Source: Paraspadella gotoi
Taxonomy: Eukaryota > Animalia > Chaetognatha
DNA: 64,000 nt
Direction of reading: 5' to 3'
Assembly: GCA_051294375.1 (NCBI GenBank)
Contig: CM119267.1
Coordinates: 23,003,486 to 23,067,485, forward strand
In this document: positions 15,237-30,080 of the stretch, one piece after another
How positions within the stretch are numbered: the stretch's first letter is position 1
How the letters are laid out: each line of letters opens with the position of its first letter
Notes under the pieces: model-generated
What the model was told of the DNA's origin: nothing
The model's database searches: none
Seen by the model: only the letters and a program-made list of their open reading frames with translations
Position numbers and translations under genes: made by a program

Positions 15237-17984
15237 TTAAAAATCCGTTCGTGTCAATTCGTCGTCATCGTCGACAGAAATGTCGGCAACTGACACTTTG
15301 TCATTTCCGTCGACAGAAATGTCGGCAACTGACACTTTGTCATTTGCGTTGAATTTATTTTGGATTTCATCCAGAATCGCTTCGTCGTCGGCATCAGTTT
15401 TAGAGTTACTGTGATCGTCTGGTCTATCTTCAGTATTTGAGCATTGTTTGTCATCTGTATTCGTATCGTCAGTATCGATTCTATTGTCGTTTTCATAATC
15501 ATCCTCGTCGTCAGTAGAGACGTCGACCTCTTCGGCGATTTGACTCACGACATTGTCAACGACATGATTCATGACAAGATTAGTGACATTATCGACGAGA
15601 TGATTCACGACAGGATTCACATTTTCACTCACAACTAGTTCTTTTCCTTCGATGTCGTCGGTCGCGTCCGTTTTCGTCGTCGCTTCCTCCACCTCTTCTC
15701 CTCCTCCTCCTCCTCCTCCTCCTCCTCCTCCTCCTCCGCGCCGGATCGGGATCTCCCTGTCCATAGGCACCTCCCTCACGTCTTCCGCCGGCGACGGGAT
15801 CGCCTCCAAACGCCTCGTCGCCGCAGCCTTCTTGTCGTCGTCGTCGTCGTCTTCGTCGTCGGGCTGCTTGAAGTGAAACCCGTAGGTGCCGGTGTCGACG
15901 TTGGGAAGAGGATCGTTGAAGACCATGTCGTAGTCGTCTTCGTCCTGGAAAAATAAAGGATGGAGACGAAGAATCGAAATATTTTATACAAAAACTATAT
16001 TTGCATATTGCAGTATTACACAATACCGTTAATTTTTTAAATTCATACAAAAATGATATAATTATTATTTTTTTTTAACATTAACTAGTTTTTGTTTTAA
16101 AATCAAGCAAAAGATTGTATTTATTAGTCTTTAGTCATTATTATCATAAGAAAACCTCATTTAGAACAAGCGTTTCGATATCTCAGCATTTATCGAAGAT
16201 ATGTGCGCGGTATTATTCAACACCGCCTCACGTCCGACCATTCCGTCAGCCAAATCCATTGGCTCAGAGGGGAACACACCATCCCAAAAGGCGGGTAGTG
16301 TTCGCATCACAGTTTCCTAACGACTTCCTCTGCGTTTTGGCAAAGCGAGACCGTCCATAGGATAACCGCCGCCAAGTGACTGGAGGCGTCACTGCAGGGT
16401 CGGAAGCCCCAAAGCCAACAGTTGAGATGCCCCATCCCAATGGGCATCACAGGCAACCCCGGCTGCTTGCCATAAGTTGGTGCAGCCCTACTATCCGAAC
16501 ACGCAACCTTCTCAGGGCTTACGCTTACGACAAACGCCTATGCCCTGCCGACTTCGGGTACGCTACGACAAACGCCTATGCCCCTGGGGTTACGCTACGA
16601 CAAAACGCCTATGCCCCCACAACTCCGCCGCTCTTCTCTTCTCTCTCCCACTGATGGATGAGGGTAACAGTCTTTGTCAGACACCTCTCAGCTGAGGAAC
16701 ACTGAGTGATTTTCTTGCCCGGGAGATCCGATGTGGCGTTAATATTCACACCGCCTCACGTCCACCATCCGTTCAGCCAAATCCATTAGGACTTCAGAGG
16801 GGGAACACACCATACCAGGCGTAGTGTTTCCATCCACAGTCCTAAACGACTTCCCTTCTGCCGTTTTGGCAAGAGCGAGCCCGTCCTAGGGTACCGCGCC
16901 AGTGACTCGGGGAGGCGTTCAAGCTGAGAGAAGCGGTCGGGAAAGCCCCAAAGGCTCAACAGTGAATGCCCATTCCCAGGGATGGGCATTCACAGGCAAC
17001 CCGGCTGTGCCATATAATATATCATTTAAATATAAGAAATAACTGGAAAATTTGAGTAGTATATAATTACTAGTATTAATTAGTCTTTTACGCTGTTATT
17101 GATACCCGTTACTGATTTACCGTTCCATTCTTTTTATGCTGTTATTGATACCGTTGCTGTTTTTGTATTCAATTATGTTAATATCGTTTTTGTTTTAATA
17201 AAAAAAATTGCAGTATACTGTCTGCCAGATCTGGCATAATTTCAGACCGTTTGGCCAGTATAAAAATGATCTGGCATATGGCATACAATCTGGCATAATC
17301 AAAAGGTGAAAAAAAAATTAAAGATTTTTCGTTCTACAGCATCGGGCAATATAAATCTGTATTAAAGAATCTATTTGCTTATTTTATTAATTAGCAACCG
17401 CGGCGCAACTGCTGTAAAAAGTAACTAGCGCTACCTCTGTCGTCGTGTAGTCATCGTAGTAATGAATGATTTGACTCTGCGGATTAAACTTGACGTTGTT
17501 CCGCGGCGGCGGGGACTGCATCGGTGCCGGCGACGCAGAGAAGCTGCGGTCGACGAAGTTGTCGGCGCCGTTGGCGACGCCATTTTGAATGCCGTACGAT
17601 TTGGCCAGTCTGTCGGCGGAAGCGGTGAAGTTTATACTGAAAAATTTGGTTATTTTTTCGCGATTAATATTTAAATTTCAAACATAAAATTTCGTAAACC
17701 GGAAATAAAATCAGTAAAATTGATATTGAACATTATTATTTTTATAATAATTTTATCGAGTCAAGATAATTAGCTAATCGATAACTACTATCAAATTCAA
17801 AACAAAAGACTATCGCCGACCGCCCAAGAATCCCCCCCCCCAACCTTCTCTCGATGCCGGACTGTTTGGAGAGGTTTCTCCGCGGCCGGTTGGAGGTGGG
17901 CACGTCGCGGTCTTCGCCCCCGGACCGGGCGCCGCCCCTGGGGAGACTCTGGCTGCGCTTGGGGCGTCGGATCACGACGCTGTG

Positions 17985-18071
<87 letters not shown>

Positions 18072-19502
18072 GCGGGGATTTGAGTGGAGGACAGAATCAG
18101 GGAACGCGAAATTATAATTAGAGATTTTGATTCGTTTGATATGCCGATATTTCGATTAAGAGAGAGTCTAAACGTGATAAAAGATTTAAAAGATATTGTC
18201 CGCCTTTTAAAAATAAAAAAAATTGTTGTTTCTAAACATTTTAACATTCTGCCGTTCTAAGATTTAACAGATGTCAACAAAAAAGACGACTGCGAGGACA
18301 ACAACGACAAAGACGATAACTAGTCGATTGCAACTGAGACAATTCAACGGTCCTTTTTTCCCAGAACGCCCCATTTAATCTTAAATTTGGAATTAAATTT
18401 TTTTTTAATTAAAAATTAAATTTAAAGTTAGGGATTAGAGATTAAGTTGGGTCAGGGATTTGGTTAGTGATTAGGGTTATAAAAATGAATAAATTTAATA
18501 TTTAAGATTAAGGCTTGTAGTTGAGCCGAAACCTGTCCGTTTTTTATTAAAAATAAAATCGTTGTTGAGAATTCATTTCGAAATTTTCTAATAATTATTA
18601 CACAACGAAAAGAAAGGATTATACCACAAAGATTAAAATTAAATTCCGGGATGAAGGAACATAAATGGGGGGAAACTTTGGGAAAAGAGATCCAACACAA
18701 CTTCCCCCTCTTCTTCCTCTCTCNNNNNNNNNNATTTGGCACACCCTAATGGGGGGGGAACTTTGGGAAAAGAGATCCAACACAACTTCCTTCTCTTCTT
18801 CCTCTCTCACCCCGAATCGCTGTTGAGCCGCGTGTGTTTCGCGCTGCCGAAATTTGGCGGAGCCACGTAGTTCTTTGGCACGAAGGTCGGGACGCTGCCG
18901 CCGGAAGTGAAGGTTTTCTCGGCGACGTCGACGCCTTTGAAGTCCGACACGATGTCGGTGGGCGGGGCAGTTGGGTTCCTTCAAGGGGGGGGGGAAATAT
19001 ATGTAAATTAATAAAATAACACTAATTATTTAATTATTAAAGGTTGTATTAAGAATCATCGGAAAGCATTTTCCGTGCCGCCTACGTAATCGTTTAATGT
19101 GTCGATCGATATTATTTTCTTGATGTTTTGTTGACTGTTTTGGTACAAATATGTCTCTTCATTGTCACTTCGCTTTTTATGTGTGCGTCATAAAGACGTC
19201 ACTCGTACACATTAGGATAATGGGAAAAAATATTCTGAGCTTAAGTCTTGTCAAAGTGAAAGCCAAGGCCGATTCAGTATCAAAGAGATAAATGCACTAG
19301 AAAAAAAAAAGATTTGTGATTCATACCGCCGCCCCTTACCTGGCGGCGAAAGTGGGCGTGCCGCCGCCGCCAAATTGACTGCGGTTCTGCGTCGGGTCGT
19401 GACGGAGGTAAGAATCGTAGAGGTGAGGCCCGGATGGGGCGCTGGGGTCTCTGAAGTGATGCGAAAGGAAGGATGTGAGAAGTGTGACGTTCTCTCTCTC
19501 TC

Positions 19503-19551
<49 letters not shown>

Positions 19552-22500
19552 CAATCTCTCCCCAATCTCACTTGGCGACGTTATCGGGTATCCCCGATCC
19601 GGTGGACGCCCTCAGCCGGGGCACATCTCCCCGATCGAGTCGTCCGATCGAAGACGTCGGATACATCAATTTCTGAAGCTCGAAATAGTTGAGGCTGCTC
19701 TTCGTGTTTTGACTCGGGAAGTTGACGGGCGGTTGGTTGTAGAAGTGGCTGCGATCCTTGGGAAGAAGTATGATGATTGTTGTTGTTATGCTAATTGTAA
19801 ACCTTTTGATTATAAATTGTTCAATGTTAGACGCAAGGGGGATAAACAGGTATTAGCAACATATATATTATATGGACGGCGAAGAAAGAAAAAATGAATA
19901 AATAAATAAATCGAGACTAGGTAGATAGATAGAAACAATGATACAAAGAAAAAAGGACAGAAAAAACAAAGAACGACAGAAATTAGGAATCTAATATTAA
20001 TAAAGAGAATGGCAAACCAAAAAAAAAAAAAAGATAACCTGCGACGCGACGGGCGCTCGACGACGACGCGTCGAACTGACGAGGCGGATCGACCAGCGCC
20101 ACCTTCTCGGGATACGAGGGCCGAAGGATGTCGGCTACCGGATCGGGGGCTTGAGGCCGTGCCGTCGGGGCCATCGATTGGGGCGATCCTCCCGGCCTTG
20201 AAGGCCTCGTCGAGGGGTCCTCGCCGACCGAGGGGGATCGGTCGACCTCGCCACGCCTCTGACCCGCTCCTTGACCACCTTGACCACCTTGACCCTGTTT
20301 GAATCTGAGTCCTCAGGCGATTCATCTCGTTGCCGTCGTCTTCGTCGATGTACTGCAGATATTTGCTGTAGTCGGGTGCGGATTTGCCGGCAGCGGAGGC
20401 CGCCGCCGCGGCGCTGACGTCTCCCGCCGCCGCTGCAGCGGCAGCCCGCCTCCTCCGCCTTCTTCTTTTCCTTCTTCTCAATGTATTCTGGAGGGATGTT
20501 GGACATGTACTCGATCATCTTGAGAGAGGCCGGCTGGTAGGGCTTCTTGCCCACGCCCTGCCGGTGAGCGGCTTTGTTCGCCTGGGTGTGGGAAAGAGAT
20601 GGTTAAGGCGTTTTAACTTAATTTCTTTTTTAATTTCATTTACGAATGAATCAAAGATGGTAAGCAAATTTACTTATTGTAGACAAATCTTAAACTTAAA
20701 AAATATTCCCAAATAAGTTGAAATTTTACTATGAAAGTGTTATTAAAATTTCCAGTCAATTATTATAAGTAATGAAAAATTGCAAGATTACTTACGACTC
20801 CATTAGACTTTAAAATTTTTTATTCAATTTTTTTATTATTTTTTTATTTCTATATAAGAGTGATGGAGGCATTAAACCAACCTCCTGTTTTGCCTGTCCA
20901 ACGTCAGAGGCAAAATAGCTTATTTTAGAAATGAATGGATAATTTTATATCAGTTGTACCGATTTCATAAGAACTTATATATTCTCTCAATTCCATATTC
21001 CCGGCACCTGGTAACTCCTTATCTCAGCCGGGTCCGCGTACTGATGCTTCTTCTTCTTTTCCTGCGGCGACGACTGTTGATGCAGCGACGGCTGTTGTTG
21101 CAGCGGCTGCTGTTGATGCATCGGCTCCTGTTGACTCTGTTGCTGCTGCGCCGACTGCGCCTGCTGCTGATCGGCCTGCATGCGCGCCACGTGCTTCTGA
21201 TACTCTTCGGCCGCCGCTTGATTCGAGTACAGATTAAGCGGCGAGTTGAATTGCTGCGTCGGCAGCTGGTCCTTCGGCGGCGGGGATTGAGAAAGGATCG
21301 TCGACGGATCCGACAGCTGCATCGGCGCCGGAGGAGAAGTCGGGGTCGGCGCTTTGGGCTGCGGCTGGGGCTGGGGCTGCGGTTGATAGGGCCGCTGGGT
21401 AGCTTGAGGCTGAGACGATTGATAAGGAATTTGACTCTGGGTCATCGTCGGTGACTGAGTCGGCGGCTGCGTCGGCGCCTGCCGAGCCTGCAGCTCTGCC
21501 GGTTCTTGCTCCGGGGCCGGCTTCTGCTTCGGGGGCCTTTTGTTGACCTTCATGCGGCCGAGGTGGGAGGGCTTGACCAGCTGCGGCGCGTAGATGCCGC
21601 TCTCGTCCTCCTGCTGCGAAGCCGGGTGAGACAGGAAGTTCTTTAAGGCACCCGTGTCGCGAGGATCCGTCGGGGTTTGGGCGTACTGACCGCCGGCCGC
21701 TTGGCCGTACTGACCGCCAGCCGGTTGGGCGTAAGGGCTGGCAGAAGGTTGGGCGTATTGGCTGGGCTGTTGGGCGTACTGACCGGCGGAATGAGGGGCG
21801 TATTGACTGACGGGTTGTTGGCCATATTGACCAGCTGGTTGACCGTAGGGACCGGCAGACGATGGCACTCCGTATTGAACACCCGGGGGTGGTCCGTATT
21901 GATTCGCCGACTGCGGCGTTCCGTACTGACCAGCCTGATGAACTCCATACTGACCTCCTTGCGGCATTGCTGGCTGACCCGACGGGAGACTGGACTGTCG
22001 TCCGTAGAAAGGCTCCTGAAATGGAACCGGCGAGGGCGGAGGCGTTGAGACAGACATACGAATCGTTCTCTGCGGCCGCGAAGGGTCCGCGCCCGCTCCG
22101 GCACGATCCGACACCACGGAAATGGTCTTTTGTGCGGGTTGGTTCAGTCCGTAAGAGTCAGGCCGCTGTACGGGAGCGGGTGGGCGACCGTGAACCTGCG
22201 GGACAGTCGAAGGATGATCAGGGGTTAACTCGGGGAAAGAAAGGGCGTCGGGGGGATGAGGAAGGGGCTGATCGACAACGGGGCTAGGTTGTTGTTGTTG
22301 TAGTTGTTTTTGCAGCAATTGTTTCTGCTGCTGTAAACGGAGCTGTTGCTCAACTAGCTGCTGTTGCTGTAGCCGTATTTGTTGCTCTTGTTGCTGTAGA
22401 TATTCTTCTTGCTTTTTTTGCTGCAGAAGGTATTGTTGTTTTTGCTGTTGAAGCTGTTGTTGTTGCTGTTGCGTTAAATTTTGTTGCTGTGATTGCTGTT

Positions 22501-25384
22501 GTAACTGCATCAGTTGTTGCTGATGAAGATGCTGCGTTTGCGATTGAGTCTGTTGTTGTTGGATGATTTGTTTTTCATATTGGAGTTTTTGTTGTAATTT
22601 TTCTACAATTGATTCTTGCTGATGAAGTTCTGCTTGTTTATATTGCATTTGTTGGTACTGCTTTTGTGCTTGTTGCTGTGTGACTTGACCCTGCGCTAAA
22701 TATTGATTTTCGTGTTCTTGATAAAATTGTTGGTTTTGTTGTTGTTGTTGTTGAAATTGCATCTGCTGTTCTTGTGATTGCTGATGTAGAATTTGTTCAG
22801 ATATTTGTCGTTCTAACTGGTTTTGAAAAGAATTTTCCGATTTAATTTGCTGCTGCTGTATTTGTTGTTGTTGTTTTTGTTCTAGCTGAGAAATTTGTAT
22901 TTGATGTTGTTGTTCTTGCTGCATTTTTTGTGATTTTTGTCTGAGTTGTTGTCGCTGTTCTTGTTGTTGCTGTTCTTGTTGTTGCTGTTCTTGTTGACGC
23001 TGTTCTTGTTGTTGTTCTTGAATAGATTGTTGTTGTTCTAGTAATACATTCGATCCTGCCCCCATGCTTCGCGGATCAGCATGCAAATGATCCGCGGCAT
23101 TTGAAGCATGCATGCTACTGCTCGACATTCTCTCCTCTCTACTAAAAGCTTCCCGTTTCTCATCGACGCTTAAATCCCTGGACGTAACCACTCCGTCGGC
23201 CCGATCAACTTCCGTCGGACCCTCCTGATTGACCTGGACGACGATCGTGGACGAGCTCATTGGCTTCGAGGCTGAAGTCTGCTCCGACAAAGGCGAGACG
23301 TAGTTGACGTCGTGTTTGCACTCGGAGTAATTGGTGAAAGCGGATCGAGTCTCTCCTTCTCGATCTTTTTCGATCTTCTTTGTCGTCTCGACTTTCTTCG
23401 AATCCGTCTTCTCCTGATGACTCACTTCGGAAGCCTTCGTCGACTTCTCCTGCAAATCCTTCAAGACTTCGTCCTGATTGAAGCCTCGATCCTCGGACCT
23501 TTCGCTCCGAGTCTCGGAACTGATCGAGCGGCTCGTCGACGCCGTCATCGTCTTCATCTTGGCGTTCTTGGCGGCGTCGTCTCGGAATCGGTCCAGCACC
23601 GACGGCGTCCTCGCCACCGGTTGGCGGCGTCGTTCTATTTGACTCTCGGCCCAGGCGATTTGATCCTCGGCCGAGGCGCTGGCCATGAGAGCCGGGCGAA
23701 GGCCTTCCGAGCTGGACAGGCTCGACTGGCTCGCCTGGTTCGACTGCTCCGCGGCGAAGGCCGTCTTCGTTTGAGTGGTGAAACTGTGCTGTCGGCAAGC
23801 TTGCTCCGATGCTTGGTGAGAAGCTTGTTGAAAACCCAGCGCTTGCTTCTCGGAGTGACGAGTCTCGGTTTTCGAAAATGCGGATTGATGTTGTTCTTCT
23901 GACATCGCGTAACTCGCCTGCTTCCTTTCCATAATCTGATTTTGTTGTCGAGCCAAGCTTTCTTGCTTGGCTTCGGAGAAACTGCAAGCTTTTTCTTCCA
24001 TGACGAAACTCTCCTCTTTTTTCGATTCGGCAAAACTCGCAATTTTTTTCTCTTCTTTGGCAAAATTGGTGGAAGCTTGTTTCTCTTCCCTGACAAAACC
24101 GGCGTGCTTGGTCTCGGAGAAACCGGAAGCTTGTTTTTCTTGGCTGGAAAAGCTCGCTTGCTTGGCTTCGAAGCTCGCGATCTTTTTCTCTTCCCTGGCA
24201 AAACTATTGGTTGCGGATTTATTTTCAGCGAGGGAAAAATTAGCGGATCGTTCCATGCGTGAAGAAGCGTTAGTCGTTTCTTCGCTACGTGCAAACGAAA
24301 CTGCCTCCATTTCGGATCGTGCAAAATTTGCGGATTCTTCTTCCGAGCATGCAACCTCTACGGAATTTTCATCGTGCGAAAAGCCAACTTTTTCAGCGTG
24401 CGCGAAACTAGCGGAAACTTCATTACGTGCGACATCTTGGCGCGAAAATTGGCGCCCATGCAAGGATTCGTCGACGGCGACATCGTCCGGCGTCGTCGGC
24501 ATCGTCGACTCGGCCGGCGCCGTCGTTACCTGTCGTCTGGCGCCGCCATATTCTGGAGGCAGCGCCGCTTGGACGTCGCGCAAGGAGAAATCCGCCGCCG
24601 CCGACGACGCCTCGTCTTTCACCGCTCGGTAAGTCTCGCTGGAGCCGAGATCCCGGCGTTCTTTGGTCGGCAATCCGGCGACGCCCGTGACGACGCCGCC
24701 GGTTTGCCGAGAGAACTCCTCGGCGACGGTCTCGGCGTTGTAGAGACCGAGCGGCGAGTTGATCTGCGCGTGACGAACGGAAGCGAATCCGGGTCCGGCG
24801 CCGAAGCCTCCCCCGGGGGTGTTGGTAGGCGGAGGGGCGGCGCGTGAACGTTGTTGTTGTTGTTGGTAATGCTGTTGTTGTTGGGATGTCGGTTGTTGAT
24901 GTTGTTGTTGCGTTTGTTGTTGATGTTGTTGCATTTGCTGCGGCTGTTGCCTTCCTCTTTGCGACGGCGACGCCGGCCGAACCGACTTGTAAGTCGGCGA
25001 CGTCGGCTGTTGTTGCTGTTGTCGCTGCTGCTGCGCTGCGACGACTTCTTCTCCCTCGGGAATTCTCCCCATCGACGCCGCCGACGCCGCTGCCGACGCA
25101 GCCGGAGCGACGTTGCCGAAGTCGCCGGACGAGGGTCTCGATCTCGGCCGCAGTCCCGTCCACCTCGACTCGCTGGATTGATCCTCCAAGTCCAACTCGA
25201 AGTAGCGACTGTAGTCGGGCTGCTTCTTCGCCGCCGCCGCCGCCGCCGCCGCTTCCTTCGCCCGCCGCTGCTCCTCGTAGCGGCGATAGACCTCGGGATC
25301 GACGCCCGGCGGCGGCTGCGACATTTGATCCAGCATGCGGAAGGAAGGGGAGTTGTCCGCGCGGGACTTTTCTTCGTGGACGGC
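15237..25384 (-). CDS. Large multi-exon Q/P-rich protein with ZASP-like (ZM/DUF4749-type) motifs; Zasp/ALP-Enigma-related, probably a Z-disc protein; 5' end incomplete
   Basis: GT-AG exon chain: 25384-21008 (4377 nt), 20581-20039 (contains frameshifts, probably sequence errors), 19756-19572, 19450-19340, 18978-18811, 17979-17845, 17636-17435, 15944-15237 (stop). Phases are compatible from 19756 onward. Motifs AQINSPLGLYNAETVAEEF...SSETYRAV, FNSPLNLYSNQAAAEEY and SPSFRML match the ZM/DUF4749 pattern. Confidence 0.8.
16215..17010. repeat. Duplicated ~260-bp segment (about 16215-16475 and 16745-17010) flanking a three-copy acgacaaacgcctatgccc repeat
   Basis: Direct visual match; the second copy has many indels. 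Confidence 0.7.
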
Positions 25385-25505
25385 CTGATTGAGAGGGGGA
25401 ATGGAGTTGGGCCGTGGGGAAAGGATAATTGGTAAAAAAATAACTATTTTTAATCGATATGAGGCGAGAAATTAATTTCACGCCAATGAGCGCCTCCATC
25501 TCCAG

Positions 25506-26129
<624 letters not shown>

Positions 26130-28012
26130 GTGGGCGTTCGGTTGTCGATTACTTTGCGAATTATTCTTAACTACGTATTGCTTAATTTTACTCATGATAT
26201 GTTGAAACATTGGTATCATATCATACTTCATATTATTTAATATTTAATGATTATTTTCACCTGTATAACAGTGGTGATATAGCTTATAGAATGGTTACCC
26301 TAATTATACATAACATAGGTTCAGTGGATATTTAACTCGTGACCAAGCTTAAAACATCTAAAAATCTTCTGTAGACTCTCAAAGCAATTTACTACTTAAA
26401 CTTTAAACTACTTATAACGTTCTATACGAATCAAAAATACTGTATGCAAATTNNNNNNNNNNNNNNNNNNNNNNNNNNNNNNNNNNNNNNNNNNNNNNNN
26501 NNNNNNNNNNNNNNNNNNNNNNNNNNNNNNNNNNNNNNNNNNNNNNNNNNNNNNNNNNNNNNNNNNNNNNNNNNNNNNNNNNNNNNNNNNNNNNNNNNNN
26601 NNNNNNNNNNNNNNNNNNNNNNNNNNNNNNNNNNNNNNNNNNNNNNNNNNNNNNNNNNNNNNNNNNNNNNNNNNNNNNNNNNNNNNNNNNNNNNNNTCTT
26701 TTTAGTCCGTTGCGCGAATGTTGCATTCGAGACTGGGTTTCGCGACCTTGGGGTGTAATTTAAAAATTAAATAAATTTTTTTGATTAATCTTTATTTTTT
26801 TATTATTTTTTTTTCNNNNNNNNNNNNNNNNNNNNNNNNNNNNNNNNNNNNNNNNNNNNNNNNNNNNNNNNNNNNNNNNNNNNNNNNNNNNNNNNNNNNN
26901 NNNNNNNNNNNNNNNNNNNNNNNNNNNNNNNNNNNNNNNNNNNNNNNNNNNNNNNNNNNNNNNNNNNNNNNNNNNNNNNNNNNNNNNNNNNNNNNNNNNN
27001 NNNNNNNNNNNNNNNNNNNNNNNNNNNNNNNNNNNNNNNNNNNNNNNNNNNNNNNNNNNNNNNNNNNNNNNNNNNNNNNNNNNNNTTTTTTTCAGATATT
27101 TTTTTCTTTAAAAATCTAAAAATATGCGAATTTCAAAATCAAAACCGTTCGAGAAGAAATAGAAGGAGAAGTAAAAATAAACAAGAGAAAGATTTAAAGA
27201 AGTTTAAAAAATTAAGAGATCCATCCGAAAAAAGAATAATATTTATAAAATCGTCTGAAAATATAGTGGAATACAAAACGAATGAAAGTATACAGCAGAT
27301 ATTGTTACATACAATGTTTAATATTATAAGTAATTGTATCGTCGAAAGTGAACCATAGGCGGGTAACATCTGATTATATTCGGGTGAGGTTACTACATTC
27401 GATGATACGTGAGTAACATCCCGTGATACTCGGGTAAGGATCAATGCCGAAGTTAGTAATAATTATATTATTGTTCGAAAAAAGAAAATAATTATTGCGA
27501 CATTCGTCAAGAGAGACAGAGCGAATTTTTNNNNNNNNNNNNNNNNNNNNNNNNNNNNNNNNNNNNNNNNNNNNNNNNNNNNNNNNNNNNNNNNNNNNNN
27601 NNNNNNNNNNNNNNNNNNNNNNNNNNNNNNNNNNNNNNNNNNNNNNNNNNNNNNNNNNNNNNTGACTTTTTTATTCATCACGATTTTAATTGCAAAAAAA
27701 AATGTATTAAAAATATACTACAGAATGCCATTTTGAAAAGAAAAGAATAGACACTAATTTGTTGTTCCAATTTTATAAATTTAAGAAAACGGACGTAATT
27801 TTATCATATCATTTTTATTTCTGTTTTTCGGAGAGGTGTTAAGTAAAGTAATGTTTTCTGTAAAAAAAATATTTTTCCAATATCACAAAACAATGAATTT
27901 AAAAAGTAATTTTAAATAAAATCAAAATCGGAAAAATGCGAAAAATTCGACTTTTTTAATTTTCGGTCCGGGAACGAAGTTCATCCATTTACCGGCTTAG
28001 CTTCGTTTAGCA

Positions 28013-28104
<92 letters not shown>
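28013..28104. repeat. (TTA)n microsatellite
   Basis: Pure trinucleotide run. Confidence 0.95.
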
Positions 28105-28105
<1 letters not shown>

Positions 28106-29449
28106 TCCGCTTTTTACTATTTTTTTTCTTCTTTCTTTGCAATATTTTTTGTTCTTTTTATTCCAGTCGCCTTTTTTAAAAATTTTAGTTAATAGACATT
28201 CCATAGGATTGACGTTTGGCGGCAAAAAAAATGGATTTATTATTACGGATTCGATCCGCTTGAATTTTTTTCTTTTTTTTTTTAATTTTAGATTTTTTTT
28301 TTTTCATTGAGAAAAAATCCCGTGGAGGATGAAGAAGAATACAGTCGACAACTTTCAAGCTGAGGATTCGTGGCAAAAAAAAAATTGACTGTAAATTCAG
28401 TGAAGACTGAAGGATTTACGAGCTAATGGATACAGCGGTCAGCGGCTTTGGATTCGATGCGCCCGTTGTAGGAGGGAGAGAGAGGAGGAGAGGAGTGAAG
28501 AGAAGAGATTCCTCTGTTTGAAGAGAGAGAGATGAGATTGAAGAGTGAGGAGAGTAGAGAGAGAGAGAAAGAGAGAAAAGCGATGTGCGAGAATCAAAAA
28601 AAAAAATACTTTCATATTTTTTTTATCCGACAATTCCGATATATTTTATTACTTTTATCGCGATACATTTAACAATATTCATAAAGCTTCTTTTTGTTTT
28701 CGAGGCGGAGGCGGTCGGCAGCTTTAAGCGGATTTTACTGTGAAGATCGAAAGTTCGACGCTGATGATCGAAACAACGGATGAAGTTGGAGGTGGGGGGG
28801 TGGGGGGTGGGGGAGTAGAGGTGGTTGGGGATTGGATTGAGATGGAAATGGTGAAGGGGGATTGGGGTGGTTTGAAGATGGGGTTGAACCTCGTTCTGGC
28901 AGAAATGAGGGTTGTGAAAAGGGGTTTGATAATTATGGGTTTAGGTTTAAAATTTAATTTCTCTCTCTCTCTCTTTTTTCTCTCTTTTACTCTCTCTCTA
29001 TCTCTCTCTCACACTCTCTCTCCCATCGATCAAGCGCAACCCTTTTCTGCACCTGTTCAACGACCTCTTGCGTCGTTCATGCACCTCTTCGCACCTGTTG
29101 CTTCTTCAAAAATTCATCTTATCCTAAATCCAATGACCTTGACTCGATTTTCTAGTTTCATCTTCGATTCTTCGTCTGACGAATCCTAGGTTTATTCGAT
29201 AATAAGATTAGAATACATTCTAAAGTCTTCTCACAAGGCTAAAGCGCCACCGAGTGCCCACGCTCGGCCCGCGTCGAAAGTCCCCATGATTGAACCTCCA
29301 GACGTCAAACAACCACCTCTGAGAATCTCTGAGATCTCCGAGTCGGCGGTGGTGACCCAAATTCGAAGACCCTCTTCGCCGCAACCGGGAACACTTCCTA
29401 CTTCTCTTCCTCCTCCAATTCATTCTCCTCATCTTTTCCTCAATTTACA

Positions 29450-30080
29450 TTGGGTCATTGATGATGATGAACATTTTCTCTCATCTCTTCATCTTAATCT
29501 TAATCTTAATCTTAATCTTAATCTTAATCTTCCTCAACCGTAAAAACGTGACTCAAGTTCCATAGGGTCATTGATTATGATGAACATTTTCTCTCATCTC
29601 TTAATCTTAATCTTAATCTTAATCTTAATCTTCCTCAACCGTAAAAACGTGACTCAAGTTCCATAGGGTCATTGATGATGATGAACATTTTCTCTCATAT
29701 CTTAATCTTAATCTTAATCTTAATCTTCCTCAACCGTAAAAACGTGACTCAAGTTCCATTGGGTCATTGATGATGATGAACATTTTCTCTCATCTCCTCA
29801 TCTTAATCATAATCATAATCTTAATCTTAATCTTAATCTTCCTCAACCGTAAAAACGTGACTCAAGTTCCATAGGGTCATTGATGATGATGAATATTTTC
29901 TCTCATCTCTTAATCTTAATCTTAATCTTAATCTTAATCTTAATCTTCCTCAACCGTAAAAACATGACACAAGTTCCATTGGGTCATTGATAATGATGAA
30001 CATTTTCTCTCATCTCCTCATCTTAATCATAATCATAATCTTAATCTTAATCATTATCTTAATCTTAATCTTAATCTTAA
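29450..30080. repeat. Minisatellite of about six ~95-115 bp units, each with a variable (TTAATC)n tract
   Basis: Unit: gggtcattgatgatgatgaacattttctctcatctc-(ttaatc)n-ttcctcaaccgtaaaaacgtgactcaagttcca. Confidence 0.9.

Noticed and set aside
29450-30080. CRISPR-like repeat-spacer array
   Set aside because: The spacers are simple hexamer runs, the DNA is eukaryotic, and no cas genes are present.
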